Under the pieces are notes generated by a model. It searched no databases and was not told where the DNA came from. It worked only from the letters and a program-made list of their open reading frames with translations. From a virus (lineage: Duplodnaviria > Caudoviricetes), in IMG/VR virus record IMGVR_UViG_3300025723_002011, positions 1 to 37,170 of that record: 37,170 nt of DNA; one strand, given 5' to 3'. Each line of letters begins with the position of its first letter. The stretch's first letter is position 1. This document shows, one piece after another, positions 17,402 to 25,773 of this stretch. Position numbers and translations under genes: made by a program.

Positions 17402-17958
17402 AAACACAATTTCAATTGTTAGTAGAATCTTTTGATCAGCCGCCCTATCCAAAGATTACACGCAGTGATTTAGGATACCAACAAACACAAGAGCATATAC
17501 AATCAGAAGTTTCGAGATTGGTAGATATATATCGAGCACTTGAGTCGATTGATCAAAAGGCCAGATTGGTGCGCGATGGCATTGATCTTTATTTGCGTAG
17601 ATATCAATCATATACTATTGAGTTTCAAATTGGATCGCATTATCGCCAATGCGGCGTTGATAAAAATGATTGCGATTTTGAGCATGTGATTCCTCAGGCC
17701 AAGATACGAGATATGTTGATACAAGGAAAGCTCACCATTGCACAAGCCATGAATCCTCCCACATGCCTTCTGCATCACGAACATCATAAAAGTCTTAAAA
17801 AAACCGGATGGGCTAGTAAGACACCTAGCCTATGGAACTTTTTTGATAGATATACTGCAATTTTTGATGCAACTTATGAAACCGCTTACGGACAACTAAT
17901 TGAGAACCCGCATGATTGGACTTTGGAAAAACATTATGAATATTTTAATATTACTTAA
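17398..17958 (+). CDS. Hypothetical protein with a possible HNH-like motif
   Basis: DFEHVIP..PTCLLHHEHH; weak similarity only. Confidence 0.6.
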   Translation: MKTQFQLLVESFDQPPYPKITRSDLGYQQTQEHIQSEVSRLVDIYRALESIDQKARLVRDGIDLYLRRYQSYTIEFQIGSHYRQCGVDKNDCDFEHVIPQAKIRDMLIQGKLTIAQAMNPPTCLLHHEHHKSLKKTGWASKTPSLWNFFDRYTAIFDATYETAYGQLIENPHDWTLEKHYEYFNIT

Positions 17959-18370
17959 ACCAACCTAATTTTTTACCTTGAGCTATTCTGCGATCAGATT
18001 CAGCCCGGCTGCCTGGCAGTTTTGCAGCCCACAGTATTATCAAAGCAAAGAATAAGCCCAGTCCTAGACACAATTTCCAATTATGATTTTTCCAATAGAT
18101 CAATATTAAACTGAAATCCATACTTAAAAACATGGCCCATTTGGCCAATGTGGGAAATACACGACCCTGTGACCAATTTTTAATAAATGGACCAAACAAC
18201 TTATGGTTCAGCATGTAATCATGGAAACGTTTGGAGCTTTTGCTGAAACACCATGCTGCTACTAAACTGGGAGTACTCCATGGTAACCCGGGTACAAATG
18301 TCCCTAGATAGGCAATGCCTAAAAACAATATGCCCATTGTAAACCAAAATGCCTTTTTAATTTTTTCCAT
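17951..18370 (-). CDS. ybaN: YbaN/DUF454 family inner-membrane protein
   Basis: LG..VPGLPWSTP..AAWCFSKSSKRFHDYMLNHKLFGPFIKNW. Confidence 0.85.
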   Translation of the reverse strand: MEKIKKAFWFTMGILFLGIAYLGTFVPGLPWSTPSLVAAWCFSKSSKRFHDYMLNHKLFGPFIKNWSQGRVFPTLAKWAMFLSMDFSLILIYWKNHNWKLCLGLGLFFALIILWAAKLPGSRAESDRRIAQGKKLGWFK

Positions 18371-18380
18371 AATAGCTCCT

Positions 18381-18425
18381 TATAAATATTTATCGATTGA
18401 CTATTATGCAATTTTCATTTACACT
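18381..18425. promoter_or_regulatory. Divergent promoter region
   Basis: TATAAATA at 18381-18388 (+), ATAAATA on the minus strand, and TTGACT-N17-TACACT at 18397-18425 (+). Confidence 0.55.
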
Positions 18426-18455
18426 TGCATAATCTTAGATCTTTAGGAGTTTGCT

Positions 18456-18731
18456 GTGAAAATTTGGCATTTTATCAAATGGCAATGGAATAAATTTGAG
18501 CTATATGCAAAGTTTTTTTTAATTAATGCACTTTTAATGATTTTAACAGTGATAATTGCACTGCTTGGATATAAGAAAGCTGCTCTAGAACTGTATGACA
18601 TCACCGAAGCAATGGCGATTGTGATTGTATTGTATTTTATTGTATGGGATGGTATTAAATTTTCATATGCACAGTATCAAAAAGATCAAGAGAGATTGAT
18701 CAGCACCATTAAGGAATCCCATAACAAATGA
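18456..18731 (+). CDS. Hypothetical two-TM membrane protein
   Basis: AGGAG RBS, GTG start, two hydrophobic stretches. Confidence 0.7.
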   Translation: MKIWHFIKWQWNKFELYAKFFLINALLMILTVIIALLGYKKAALELYDITEAMAIVIVLYFIVWDGIKFSYAQYQKDQERLISTIKESHNK

Positions 18732-19540
18732 AAATTTCCTTGGTTTCTGATCTGCATTTAGAAATGGCCTATCAAGAATTGTCTGGCGGAGAAGTTTTAA
18801 TCTTGGGTGGAGATATTGCTGAGTCAAGGCATGTGCAGAATCACTTTCGCGCCGCCGAACTGTGTAGCCATGTGCCTTCTGTTGAACATCGCTGCTGGGA
18901 TTTTTTCCTCCATGAATGTGCCAAATACCAAAAGGTGTTTTATGTGATGGGCAATCACGAACACTATCGAGGCAAATACCACGAGACCAAACAGCTATTG
19001 GAATCCATGATGCCCGCCAACGTGAGCATCTTGGAAAACCAAGCAGTGGAATACGAGGGCGTGATGTTCATGGGTGCCACTCTGTGGACTGATGTGAACC
19101 GAGGAGATCCCGTATCTGCACTGGCTATAAAACAGAACATGAACGATTATCGTGCCATCACAATGTTAAACAGCAAGCAAGAATATCACAAGCTGACTAC
19201 GGACTATACCCAGGGAGTCCACCGCACCACTCTGGAGTATTTCAAGAAAACGCTGGAAGAGCATGCTCACAAGCCGTTCGTGGTAATGACACATCACGCG
19301 CCCAGCCGTCAAAGCATCCATGAAACCTACAAGCATGATTATCACATGAATGGCGGCTATGTTAGCGATCTTGATGATTTTATCTTGGATCATCCTAATA
19401 TACACACCTGGACCCACGGCCACACACATACACCTTTTGACTATAAAATTGGAAACACACGAGTTTTGTGCAATCCGCGGGGCTATGTGCCCTATGAAGC
19501 AGACAACGGATTTGATCCACATTTTACTTTCGAGATTTAA
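18728..19540 (+). CDS. Calcineurin-like metallophosphoesterase
   Basis: SDLHLE, LGGDI, GNHEHY, GATLWTD, THHAPS, HGHTH, CNPRGY. Confidence 0.9.
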   Translation: MKISLVSDLHLEMAYQELSGGEVLILGGDIAESRHVQNHFRAAELCSHVPSVEHRCWDFFLHECAKYQKVFYVMGNHEHYRGKYHETKQLLESMMPANVSILENQAVEYEGVMFMGATLWTDVNRGDPVSALAIKQNMNDYRAITMLNSKQEYHKLTTDYTQGVHRTTLEYFKKTLEEHAHKPFVVMTHHAPSRQSIHETYKHDYHMNGGYVSDLDDFILDHPNIHTWTHGHTHTPFDYKIGNTRVLCNPRGYVPYEADNGFDPHFTFEI

Positions 19541-19747
19541 ATGATCAGTGTAAAGTTAGATAGAGAATATTATCATTTACAGGCCGATATGGAAAAATGG
19601 TGCACAGAAAATCTAGGTCCAGGCATGTGGGGGGATCTTGGGAAAATGCCCGATTGTATTTGGTCAATTGCCAGTAATTTTGGAATTACTTTTTTTACTT
19701 TTAGAACAGAAAAACAGGCCAGCATGTTTTTGTTGAGGTGGTGGTGA
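19541..19747 (+). CDS. Small hypothetical phage protein (FxF..A..F.LRW family)
   Basis: C-terminal FTFRTEKQASMFLLRWW resembles that of 21430..21657. Confidence 0.7.
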   Translation: MISVKLDREYYHLQADMEKWCTENLGPGMWGDLGKMPDCIWSIASNFGITFFTFRTEKQASMFLLRWW

Positions 19748-19890
19748 GTAAAAAAATAGTTAATATCCAGCCTTATATAGATAAGAAAAACAAAGAAAAG
19801 GCTGCTAGAGATAAAATTATAATACCATTCCCGAAATTATTTTTAAAAAATGGGCAATGGACCACAGAAAAACCCAAGGATAAATTATGA
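19744..19890 (+). CDS. Small basic hypothetical protein (48 aa)
   Basis: GTGA and ATGA overlaps with both neighbours; MSKKIVNIQPY..KDKL*. Confidence 0.55.
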   Translation: MSKKIVNIQPYIDKKNKEKAARDKIIIPFPKLFLKNGQWTTEKPKDKL

Positions 19891-20654
19891 AATCTTGCTT
19901 TGTATATCAACCACAGGGATTGGGAGATATTATTTTTGTGCAAAAAATTGTACATCACTATAAATCCTTAGGATATCGAATTATTTTTCCCATTATTGAA
20001 CATTACAAATGGGCTATTCCTTATTTTGAACAATCCAATGTAGAGTTTGTAGTTCTTACCAACGACAGAAAAGTTATTGAACCATTTGAGCACAGCGATC
20101 AAATTACCTATTTGATGCAATCTACAGATGCGTTATTCAGGCGACCTGTGCATGCTTTGGATTTTGTGTATCTTTCCTGCGGTCCGTCAACAATTGATTC
20201 AAATGAGATGATGACATCCAAATATGCTGTTTCAGATGTTGATTACAATGATTGGCAAAAATACGTAAAAATTAATAGGAATATTGAAACAGAATATAAA
20301 CTGTTTTATGATATTTTAGGATTAAGTGATGGAGAAAAATACACTTTAATTAATGAAAAGAGCAGTTCGGAACATATATCAATCAATGATGCTCCGGGTA
20401 AAAATATTAGATTAATTAACATAGAAGGATATTCTTTTTTTGATTGGATTATGGTTATAAAGAACGCCAGTCGCATTATAACGATTGATACATCCATTTG
20501 TTATTTGGCCGAAGTTTATTGTTCAAAAAATATTGATTGCTATATTATTAATAGATACAATACTCCTAGCTTTGTAGATCTTCCAAAAATATTTAAGTTG
20601 CCCTGGAAATACTGCTTAAATAGCGGAGAGGTAAATTTAAATGCAAATATTTGA
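19887..20654 (+). CDS. Putative glycosyltransferase-like protein (GT-B/GT9-like)
   Basis: QGLGDIIF N-terminus; IKNASRIITIDTSICYLA resembles the GT9 DS/DT motif. Confidence 0.6.
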   Translation: MKSCFVYQPQGLGDIIFVQKIVHHYKSLGYRIIFPIIEHYKWAIPYFEQSNVEFVVLTNDRKVIEPFEHSDQITYLMQSTDALFRRPVHALDFVYLSCGPSTIDSNEMMTSKYAVSDVDYNDWQKYVKINRNIETEYKLFYDILGLSDGEKYTLINEKSSSEHISINDAPGKNIRLINIEGYSFFDWIMVIKNASRIITIDTSICYLAEVYCSKNIDCYIINRYNTPSFVDLPKIFKLPWKYCLNSGEVNLNANI

Positions 20655-21420
20655 TCAAATATTAATACAAGGAAGATTGTATCTTGGAGATTGTTTGGTA
20701 ATGTCCGGAATGGTAAATTATTATTCTGATAGATGCGAAATGGTGCATCTTTCTGTTTTTCCTTGGCATTTCAAAACATTGACCTCACTTTACAAAGAAA
20801 ACCCTAGAGTTCGAATAGTTCAAATCACCAGTCTGGATGATGAAAATCGCTATGTGATGCAAAATAATCTTTCTCGCATACGCGCTAACGAGTCGAGTCC
20901 ATCAATAATTTATAAAAATATACTGGTTCACCCCTATTGGGATCTTTTTGTTTATGATTGGTATGAACTTCCTTATAGTACCAGATACAAGTATTTTAGA
21001 GTACCTGGATTTGTGGAGGGAGCCAAAGAACTGCATGATAAGTTATCCCAAGGAGATCCATACATCTTGATACATCGTAGACCGTCTCCTGAACTACCCG
21101 GAGGATTTCCAATGGATGTTGATTGTTTTAGAAAAATCAAAGGACTCCCTGATTATCGAATAATTGAAGTCACTCCTGACATCACAGATGACATGATGCA
21201 GTATGTGGAACTTATTAAAAATGCCAAAGAAATACATTGCGTAGGCAGTAGTTTTCATTGTTTAGTGGACGGCATGACCCAACATACCAATGCAGAACTA
21301 TTTTATCATGATATAAGAAGATTCGCACTAATGCGTATTAATTCTAAATGGAATAATTATCGATGGAATATGGTAGAGTATGGTCCTGGTCTACTAGATA
21401 ACGGGTCCGATATTCCATAA
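20641..21420 (+). CDS. Putative glycosyltransferase-like protein (GT-B/GT9-like)
   Basis: LYLGDCLV; IKNAKEIHCVGSSFHCLVD; probable paralog of the upstream gene. Confidence 0.6.
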   Translation: MQIFDQILIQGRLYLGDCLVMSGMVNYYSDRCEMVHLSVFPWHFKTLTSLYKENPRVRIVQITSLDDENRYVMQNNLSRIRANESSPSIIYKNILVHPYWDLFVYDWYELPYSTRYKYFRVPGFVEGAKELHDKLSQGDPYILIHRRPSPELPGGFPMDVDCFRKIKGLPDYRIIEVTPDITDDMMQYVELIKNAKEIHCVGSSFHCLVDGMTQHTNAELFYHDIRRFALMRINSKWNNYRWNMVEYGPGLLDNGSDIP

Positions 21421-21429
21421 TAGATCATA

Positions 21430-21657
21430 ATGAAAAAGTTTGATTGTTGGCCTCCGCCAAAATGGACCGAAGTAATCATAACGTGGAATGATTTAATGTC
21501 ACGCAATCAATCAGGAATTGTAAACAAAATGTTAGACTGGTTGTATGATCACCCTGGTGATGGATATCATTTACACGGATATAAAAGCACGGAAGGATTT
21601 GCTTTTAGATTTAAAAATCCTCAAGATGCTGTAATATTTGCCTTGAGATGGTCATGA
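21430..21657 (+). CDS. Small hypothetical phage protein (FxF..A..F.LRW family)
   Basis: FRFKNPQDAVIFALRWS. Confidence 0.7.
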   Translation: MKKFDCWPPPKWTEVIITWNDLMSRNQSGIVNKMLDWLYDHPGDGYHLHGYKSTEGFAFRFKNPQDAVIFALRWS

Positions 21658-21670
21658 TTTTTAGTCATCT

Positions 21671-21853
21671 ATGAAATTCAACGCTGGACAATCTTTTGAG
21701 GAATGGGCCATGCAGGTAAAAGCATATGAATACAAACTGGCCCTTAAAAAAATAGCTCAGGGCAAAGATTACCAACAAGTGATGGAAGACATGAGTCGCA
21801 GAATCGTGCAAAAGCTAAATCATGCTAGAATATTGTTAATTAAAAATACTTAA
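21671..21853 (+). CDS. Small protein resembling the glutamyl-tRNA reductase (HemA) dimerisation domain
   Basis: EYKLALKKIAQGKDYQQVMEDMSRRIVQKLNH parallels the HemA C-terminal pattern E..AL..L..G.D...V...L...L..KL.H. Confidence 0.6.
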   Translation: MKFNAGQSFEEWAMQVKAYEYKLALKKIAQGKDYQQVMEDMSRRIVQKLNHARILLIKNT

Positions 21854-21857
21854 TCAC

Positions 21858-21892
21858 TTGACTGCACGGTGTTTTTTCAATTATAATAAATA
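21858..21892 (+). promoter_or_regulatory. sigma70-type promoter with an overlapping ATAAATA motif
   Basis: TTGACT-N18-TATAAT running into AAATA. Confidence 0.6.
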
Positions 21893-21974
21893 ATGTTGTA
21901 AAAGACCTATACGGATTTTACACACACGGGCATAGGGCCCATTTGATTCAACTTACTTATTAAAGGAGATTAAT

Positions 21975-22418
21975 ATGAATCAGTTAGTTCGTTTTGACAC
22001 TAATACTTTGAACATGCTAAACAAGGCATTGCTGGGTTTTGACCATTTGTTTACTGATTTCGAACATCGTTTTGCTAATCAAATTAACAGTAGCTATCCG
22101 CCGTATAATATTTTAAAAGTTGACAAGGATACTTACGAGATCCAAGTTGCCGTTACCGGGTTTGATCCAGCGGAAATTTCCGTTGAAATCGACCAAAATC
22201 AGTTGATCGTGAAGGGTGAAATTAAAAGCGACAAGGAAGACGAGGTCCAATATATTCATCGCGGACTGGCTGGGCGTAACTTTACCAGAGTGTTTCCGCT
22301 TGCGGAGCATCTAGAGGTACGCGAAGGAACCATTAAAAATGGTGTACTCAGTATCAGAATTGATCGAGTAGTTCCTGACTCTTTAAAGCCTCGTTTACTT
22401 AAGATTAAAGCTCTTTAA
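21975..22418 (+). CDS. Small heat-shock protein (Hsp20/IbpA family)
   Basis: YPPYNI, AVTGF, YIHRGLAGRNFTRVF, NGVLSI. Confidence 0.95.
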   Translation: MNQLVRFDTNTLNMLNKALLGFDHLFTDFEHRFANQINSSYPPYNILKVDKDTYEIQVAVTGFDPAEISVEIDQNQLIVKGEIKSDKEDEVQYIHRGLAGRNFTRVFPLAEHLEVREGTIKNGVLSIRIDRVVPDSLKPRLLKIKAL

Positions 22419-22427
22419 TCGTTGCGG

Positions 22428-22456
22428 AGAGAGTGGAGATAACTCCACTCTCTTTC
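22428..22456 (+). terminator. Hairpin, probable terminator or processing stem
   Basis: AGAGAGTGGAG-ATAA-CTCCACTCTCT followed by a short T-rich tail. Confidence 0.7.
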
Positions 22457-22484
22457 TATATCAAATCAAAAAAACGGAGTACAC

Positions 22485-22787
22485 ATGACCGACGTTGAGG
22501 TAAAGAAAAAAGACAGTGTAAAAAATCGTATCAAAGAACCCAAAAAATACAAGGTAGTTGTGCTCAATGACGATTATACTCCCATGGATTTTGTGGTGGC
22601 TATATTGATGCAGATTTTTAGACATTCCGAATCTCAAGCCATGTCTTTGACCTTGCAGATTCACAACGAAGGTTCTGCTGTAGCTGGAATTTACAACTAC
22701 GAAATAGCAGAACAAAAAGGAATTGAAGCCACTGGTGTAGCTAGAGAAAATGGTCATCCTTTGCAAATCAAGGTGGAATCAGAATGA
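22485..22787 (+). CDS. clpS: ATP-dependent Clp protease adaptor ClpS
   Basis: YKVVVLNDDYTPMDFVV, IHNEGSAVAGIY, EIAEQK, HPL. Confidence 0.95.
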   Translation: MTDVEVKKKDSVKNRIKEPKKYKVVVLNDDYTPMDFVVAILMQIFRHSESQAMSLTLQIHNEGSAVAGIYNYEIAEQKGIEATGVARENGHPLQIKVESE

Positions 22788-23323
22788 GTTTGAAAGATTT
22801 AACCAAAGACAGCCATACTGCCGCAGAAAAAACCAAATTTATGAAAGCGGCATTTCAAGGTCGCATGACTCAATCGATATGGGCCGATTGGACTTATCAA
22901 AAAACATTATTTTATAATGCCATAGAAAGTTCTGCTAGCGCGGTAAATTTATTATTAGGAATGAATGAGTTAAAGAGAACATTCCTATTGTTGGAAGATT
23001 ATAAAGTCATGGCAAAGGCCGAAACGGCCACCTATTACAAAAAAAGTGTTATCGAATATTATCAATATATCATGAATCTATACCCTGACAAGTCACGTAT
23101 CATGGCACATTTATATACATGGCATATGGGTGATTTGCACGGCGGTCAGATGATTAAAAAGATTTTACCATTCAGTCATCTCAGTTTGGAATTTACTCGG
23201 CCGGAAGAATTAAAAATAGCCATTAGAGAAAAACTCAATGACACCATGGCAGACGAAGCTAATACAGCATTTAAATGGGCAATCAAGATGATGGAAGAAT
23301 ATGACAACCAGTTTGATATTTGA
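22784..23323 (+). CDS. Heme oxygenase (biliverdin-producing)
   Basis: LKDLTKDSHTAAE (proximal His), AHLYTWHMGDLHGGQMIKK, EANTAF. Confidence 0.9.
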   Translation: MSLKDLTKDSHTAAEKTKFMKAAFQGRMTQSIWADWTYQKTLFYNAIESSASAVNLLLGMNELKRTFLLLEDYKVMAKAETATYYKKSVIEYYQYIMNLYPDKSRIMAHLYTWHMGDLHGGQMIKKILPFSHLSLEFTRPEELKIAIREKLNDTMADEANTAFKWAIKMMEEYDNQFDI

Positions 23324-23975
23324 TAAAGTAGAAAATTTTTCAAACGAGTTGCTGGCGCGTCTCAATTCCACAGGCATAAGATTGGATCACAATGATCAAA
23401 GATTTCCCTGGAATGATTTGGTTTTCATAGGCGACAATTATCGTAGAGCGCATCTCAATATCGTAGATGCCAGAGAAGAAAAAAATCTTCTAATGATGCA
23501 CTGTTGTATTTTTCCGCACATAAACGACCCCAGCCCCATATTTGGATTAGACATCATCGCGGGACCTAGCAGGATCAGTGGAGCGTTCCATGATTTTTCC
23601 AGCGCTGGCAATCCGGATCATTTTATGATCAAATGGTTTGATCAACGAGCAACTGACTTGAACTGGAAAAAACCTAGACAGCTTCCGGATTGGGCTCTAA
23701 AAATTTTTAGTCCTGCCATGATAGCTGCCGGAGCCATGAATAGTGAAACAGAAATAAATCAACTTATCTCAGTGTCTTTGATTAATTTAGAATATTATCT
23801 AGATAATGTAGGAGCCACCATGCGACCTGGTAAGAACTATACAGCAGAACAGAATCGCTATTGCCACTATCAAAAACAAAATCCTCATAATCCTAGAGTG
23901 ATGCAGAGCCTAGGACTCAGCGAAGATGATGCACTCAGTTATGTTGAGGAAGTGATGTTTCCGGAAATACGTTAA
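23301..23975 (+). CDS. Ferredoxin-dependent bilin reductase (PcyA/PcyX-like)
   Basis: RRAHL, MMHCCIFP, PIFGLDIIAG, GAFHDFS, RQLPDWA..IFS, YCHYQKQNPH; coupled to the heme oxygenase. Confidence 0.88.
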   Translation: MTTSLIFDKVENFSNELLARLNSTGIRLDHNDQRFPWNDLVFIGDNYRRAHLNIVDAREEKNLLMMHCCIFPHINDPSPIFGLDIIAGPSRISGAFHDFSSAGNPDHFMIKWFDQRATDLNWKKPRQLPDWALKIFSPAMIAAGAMNSETEINQLISVSLINLEYYLDNVGATMRPGKNYTAEQNRYCHYQKQNPHNPRVMQSLGLSEDDALSYVEEVMFPEIR

Positions 23976-24169
23976 CAGTAAGGACCGCCGTCGTGCACAT
24001 GATGATGTCCCAACGAATGGATTAATTCTCCAATTTCATTAAAGATCTTTGCCGAAAAGAACTCTTTTAGTTCAAGGAAGGCCAACGCTTCTTCAACGGT
24101 ATGGAAAAGATAGACTCTAGTGGATAAATGTCCTTCATCCCATTTGTGTGTTTTGACATGATATTTCAT
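23972..24169 (-). CDS. Small hypothetical protein with a His-rich C-terminus
   Basis: AAAGGA RBS; ends HSLGHHHVHDGGPYC. Confidence 0.65.
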   Translation of the reverse strand: MKYHVKTHKWDEGHLSTRVYLFHTVEEALAFLELKEFFSAKIFNEIGELIHSLGHHHVHDGGPYC

Positions 24170-24173
24170 AGAC

Positions 24174-25244
24174 TTATCCTTTGTTGAACATATTTACCCA
24201 AATTTTATTGGTTCTTTCTGTGTAGTTATTTAAATTGCGTTGATTTAAAAATACGTTGATCTGTGGAAATTGATAGGTTCTGTACATGACGTCGGCCAGT
24301 TGATCGCTGTTGGTAGGATCAGCATTGAAAAATCTACTGGACCAAGGAATTTCCTTAGTTCCAATTATAGGCACTCCTTGACTGATTAGATCTGCACTGA
24401 CAATATTAAAGGTTTCGCTGAAATTGCATTGTAAACCCATATCCATGCTGGCGCATGTTTTCAAAAATTCTTCTCTCGGTGTCCATTCATGAGTGATCAA
24501 TTGATGATTGTATTCATGCAACTGTTGAAACGATCCATAAAGATTATGCAGAACAGGATCACCCTTCATTTCGATTCGCCCGCCATTGATATGAAATCTC
24601 AATTGCTTACCAATTCGGTTGGCAAATTTGATTGAGGCAAAGGCCTGTAGCAAATGATTTTTCAACAAACGAACCGCGCCAAAACAGGCAACGTCTATCC
24701 AATACTTGTCACGCCTGTAACTTTTATGCTTATAGTCTTGCGGATAATAATTGGGCATATAAATTACTCGGGATTCGGTTTGTTCTTTGCACCAGTTATT
24801 GCGTGTTTTTAAATATTCCCGTATTTCGCCTAGCATTCTAGGAGCATTAATTCCTATTACAATGTTAGCAAAGTCTGAGTAATCACCCAACCAATCCATG
24901 GCTATTCCTTCGCCGGACATGAAAGGAAGTTCACTGTGCAAACGAACTATCCATTTTACCGTTGGATGCAGTTTGGTTAAAACTGCAAATTTTGAAGGAA
25001 CCACCCACAATGCTTCCAGTATAACGTGCGTGGGTTTGTGTCGTGAAACTAGTCTATCTATGCAGTTATTATCGATAGCTACTTCTATCTCAGCATCGAC
25101 TCCGGAATTTACCAACATTTCCTGCATGAATTTGGCAGAATTATAAAGTCCTGTACTAAGACCCAATGGACTGTGTTTGATGGGAATAAAATCTTCTCGG
25201 CGTTTGAGAATGAATAAGATGCGTGTGTCCATGGTAAACCTCAC
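24174..25244 (-). CDS. Putative GT-B glycosyltransferase (start may be ATG 25232)
   Basis: FGAVRLLKNH, SETFNIVSADLISQGVPII (GT4-like motif); TATAAATA upstream at 25255-25262 on the minus strand. Confidence 0.7.
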   Translation of the reverse strand: MRFTMDTRILFILKRREDFIPIKHSPLGLSTGLYNSAKFMQEMLVNSGVDAEIEVAIDNNCIDRLVSRHKPTHVILEALWVVPSKFAVLTKLHPTVKWIVRLHSELPFMSGEGIAMDWLGDYSDFANIVIGINAPRMLGEIREYLKTRNNWCKEQTESRVIYMPNYYPQDYKHKSYRRDKYWIDVACFGAVRLLKNHLLQAFASIKFANRIGKQLRFHINGGRIEMKGDPVLHNLYGSFQQLHEYNHQLITHEWTPREEFLKTCASMDMGLQCNFSETFNIVSADLISQGVPIIGTKEIPWSSRFFNADPTNSDQLADVMYRTYQFPQINVFLNQRNLNNYTERTNKIWVNMFNKG

Positions 25245-25295
25245 AATGACGTAGTATTTATAAGAGGCATCATTAAGATCTTATTACAGCATATA

Positions 25296-25754
25296 TTAAT
25301 CCAGAATTCTTTTAATATTTTCTACATAATCACTGCAAATTCCAAAACAATTTACATTTAAATTTTCAAAAGATGGATCATGCCATTCTGGCATCACCAT
25401 GATACTTTTGTTTGTTAATTCTTTTCCAGGATAAGTCCATATATATTTTTTACTTGTTATCACAAAATCATCTTCTTGATGCCAAAAAAAGTTTAAATCA
25501 TCTTCATTGGTTAACCAATGTAATGCTTGTAAATTTTTAGCATGTATCCAAAGTTTTTCACTATGGTCTGATAAAAAATTTTTGTTTATTACATACTGAG
25601 CATCATCGTGTCCTAGCATTAATTTAGATCCGATAATTCGTAGATCAATTTCACAATCAAATCCTTGATTAATTGCTTTTGCAATTTGTTCTGGATGATT
25701 CTCAATATTTTTGTCCGGGCCTTGAGTAAGACCTCTGTGTGCTATTAACTGCAT
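25296..25754 (-). CDS. Glycerophosphodiester phosphodiesterase-like protein
   Basis: LIAHRG, EN, DCEIDL, LGHD, WIHAKN, GICSDY. Confidence 0.8.
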   Translation of the reverse strand: MQLIAHRGLTQGPDKNIENHPEQIAKAINQGFDCEIDLRIIGSKLMLGHDDAQYVINKNFLSDHSEKLWIHAKNLQALHWLTNEDDLNFFWHQEDDFVITSKKYIWTYPGKELTNKSIMVMPEWHDPSFENLNVNCFGICSDYVENIKRILD

Positions 25755-25773
25755 TTTATCCTCGATTTTATTT

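Noticed and set aside
18395-18425. Fur box upstream of ybaN
   Set aside because: Only a weak AT-rich resemblance to GATAATGATAATCATTATC; not distinguishable from background.
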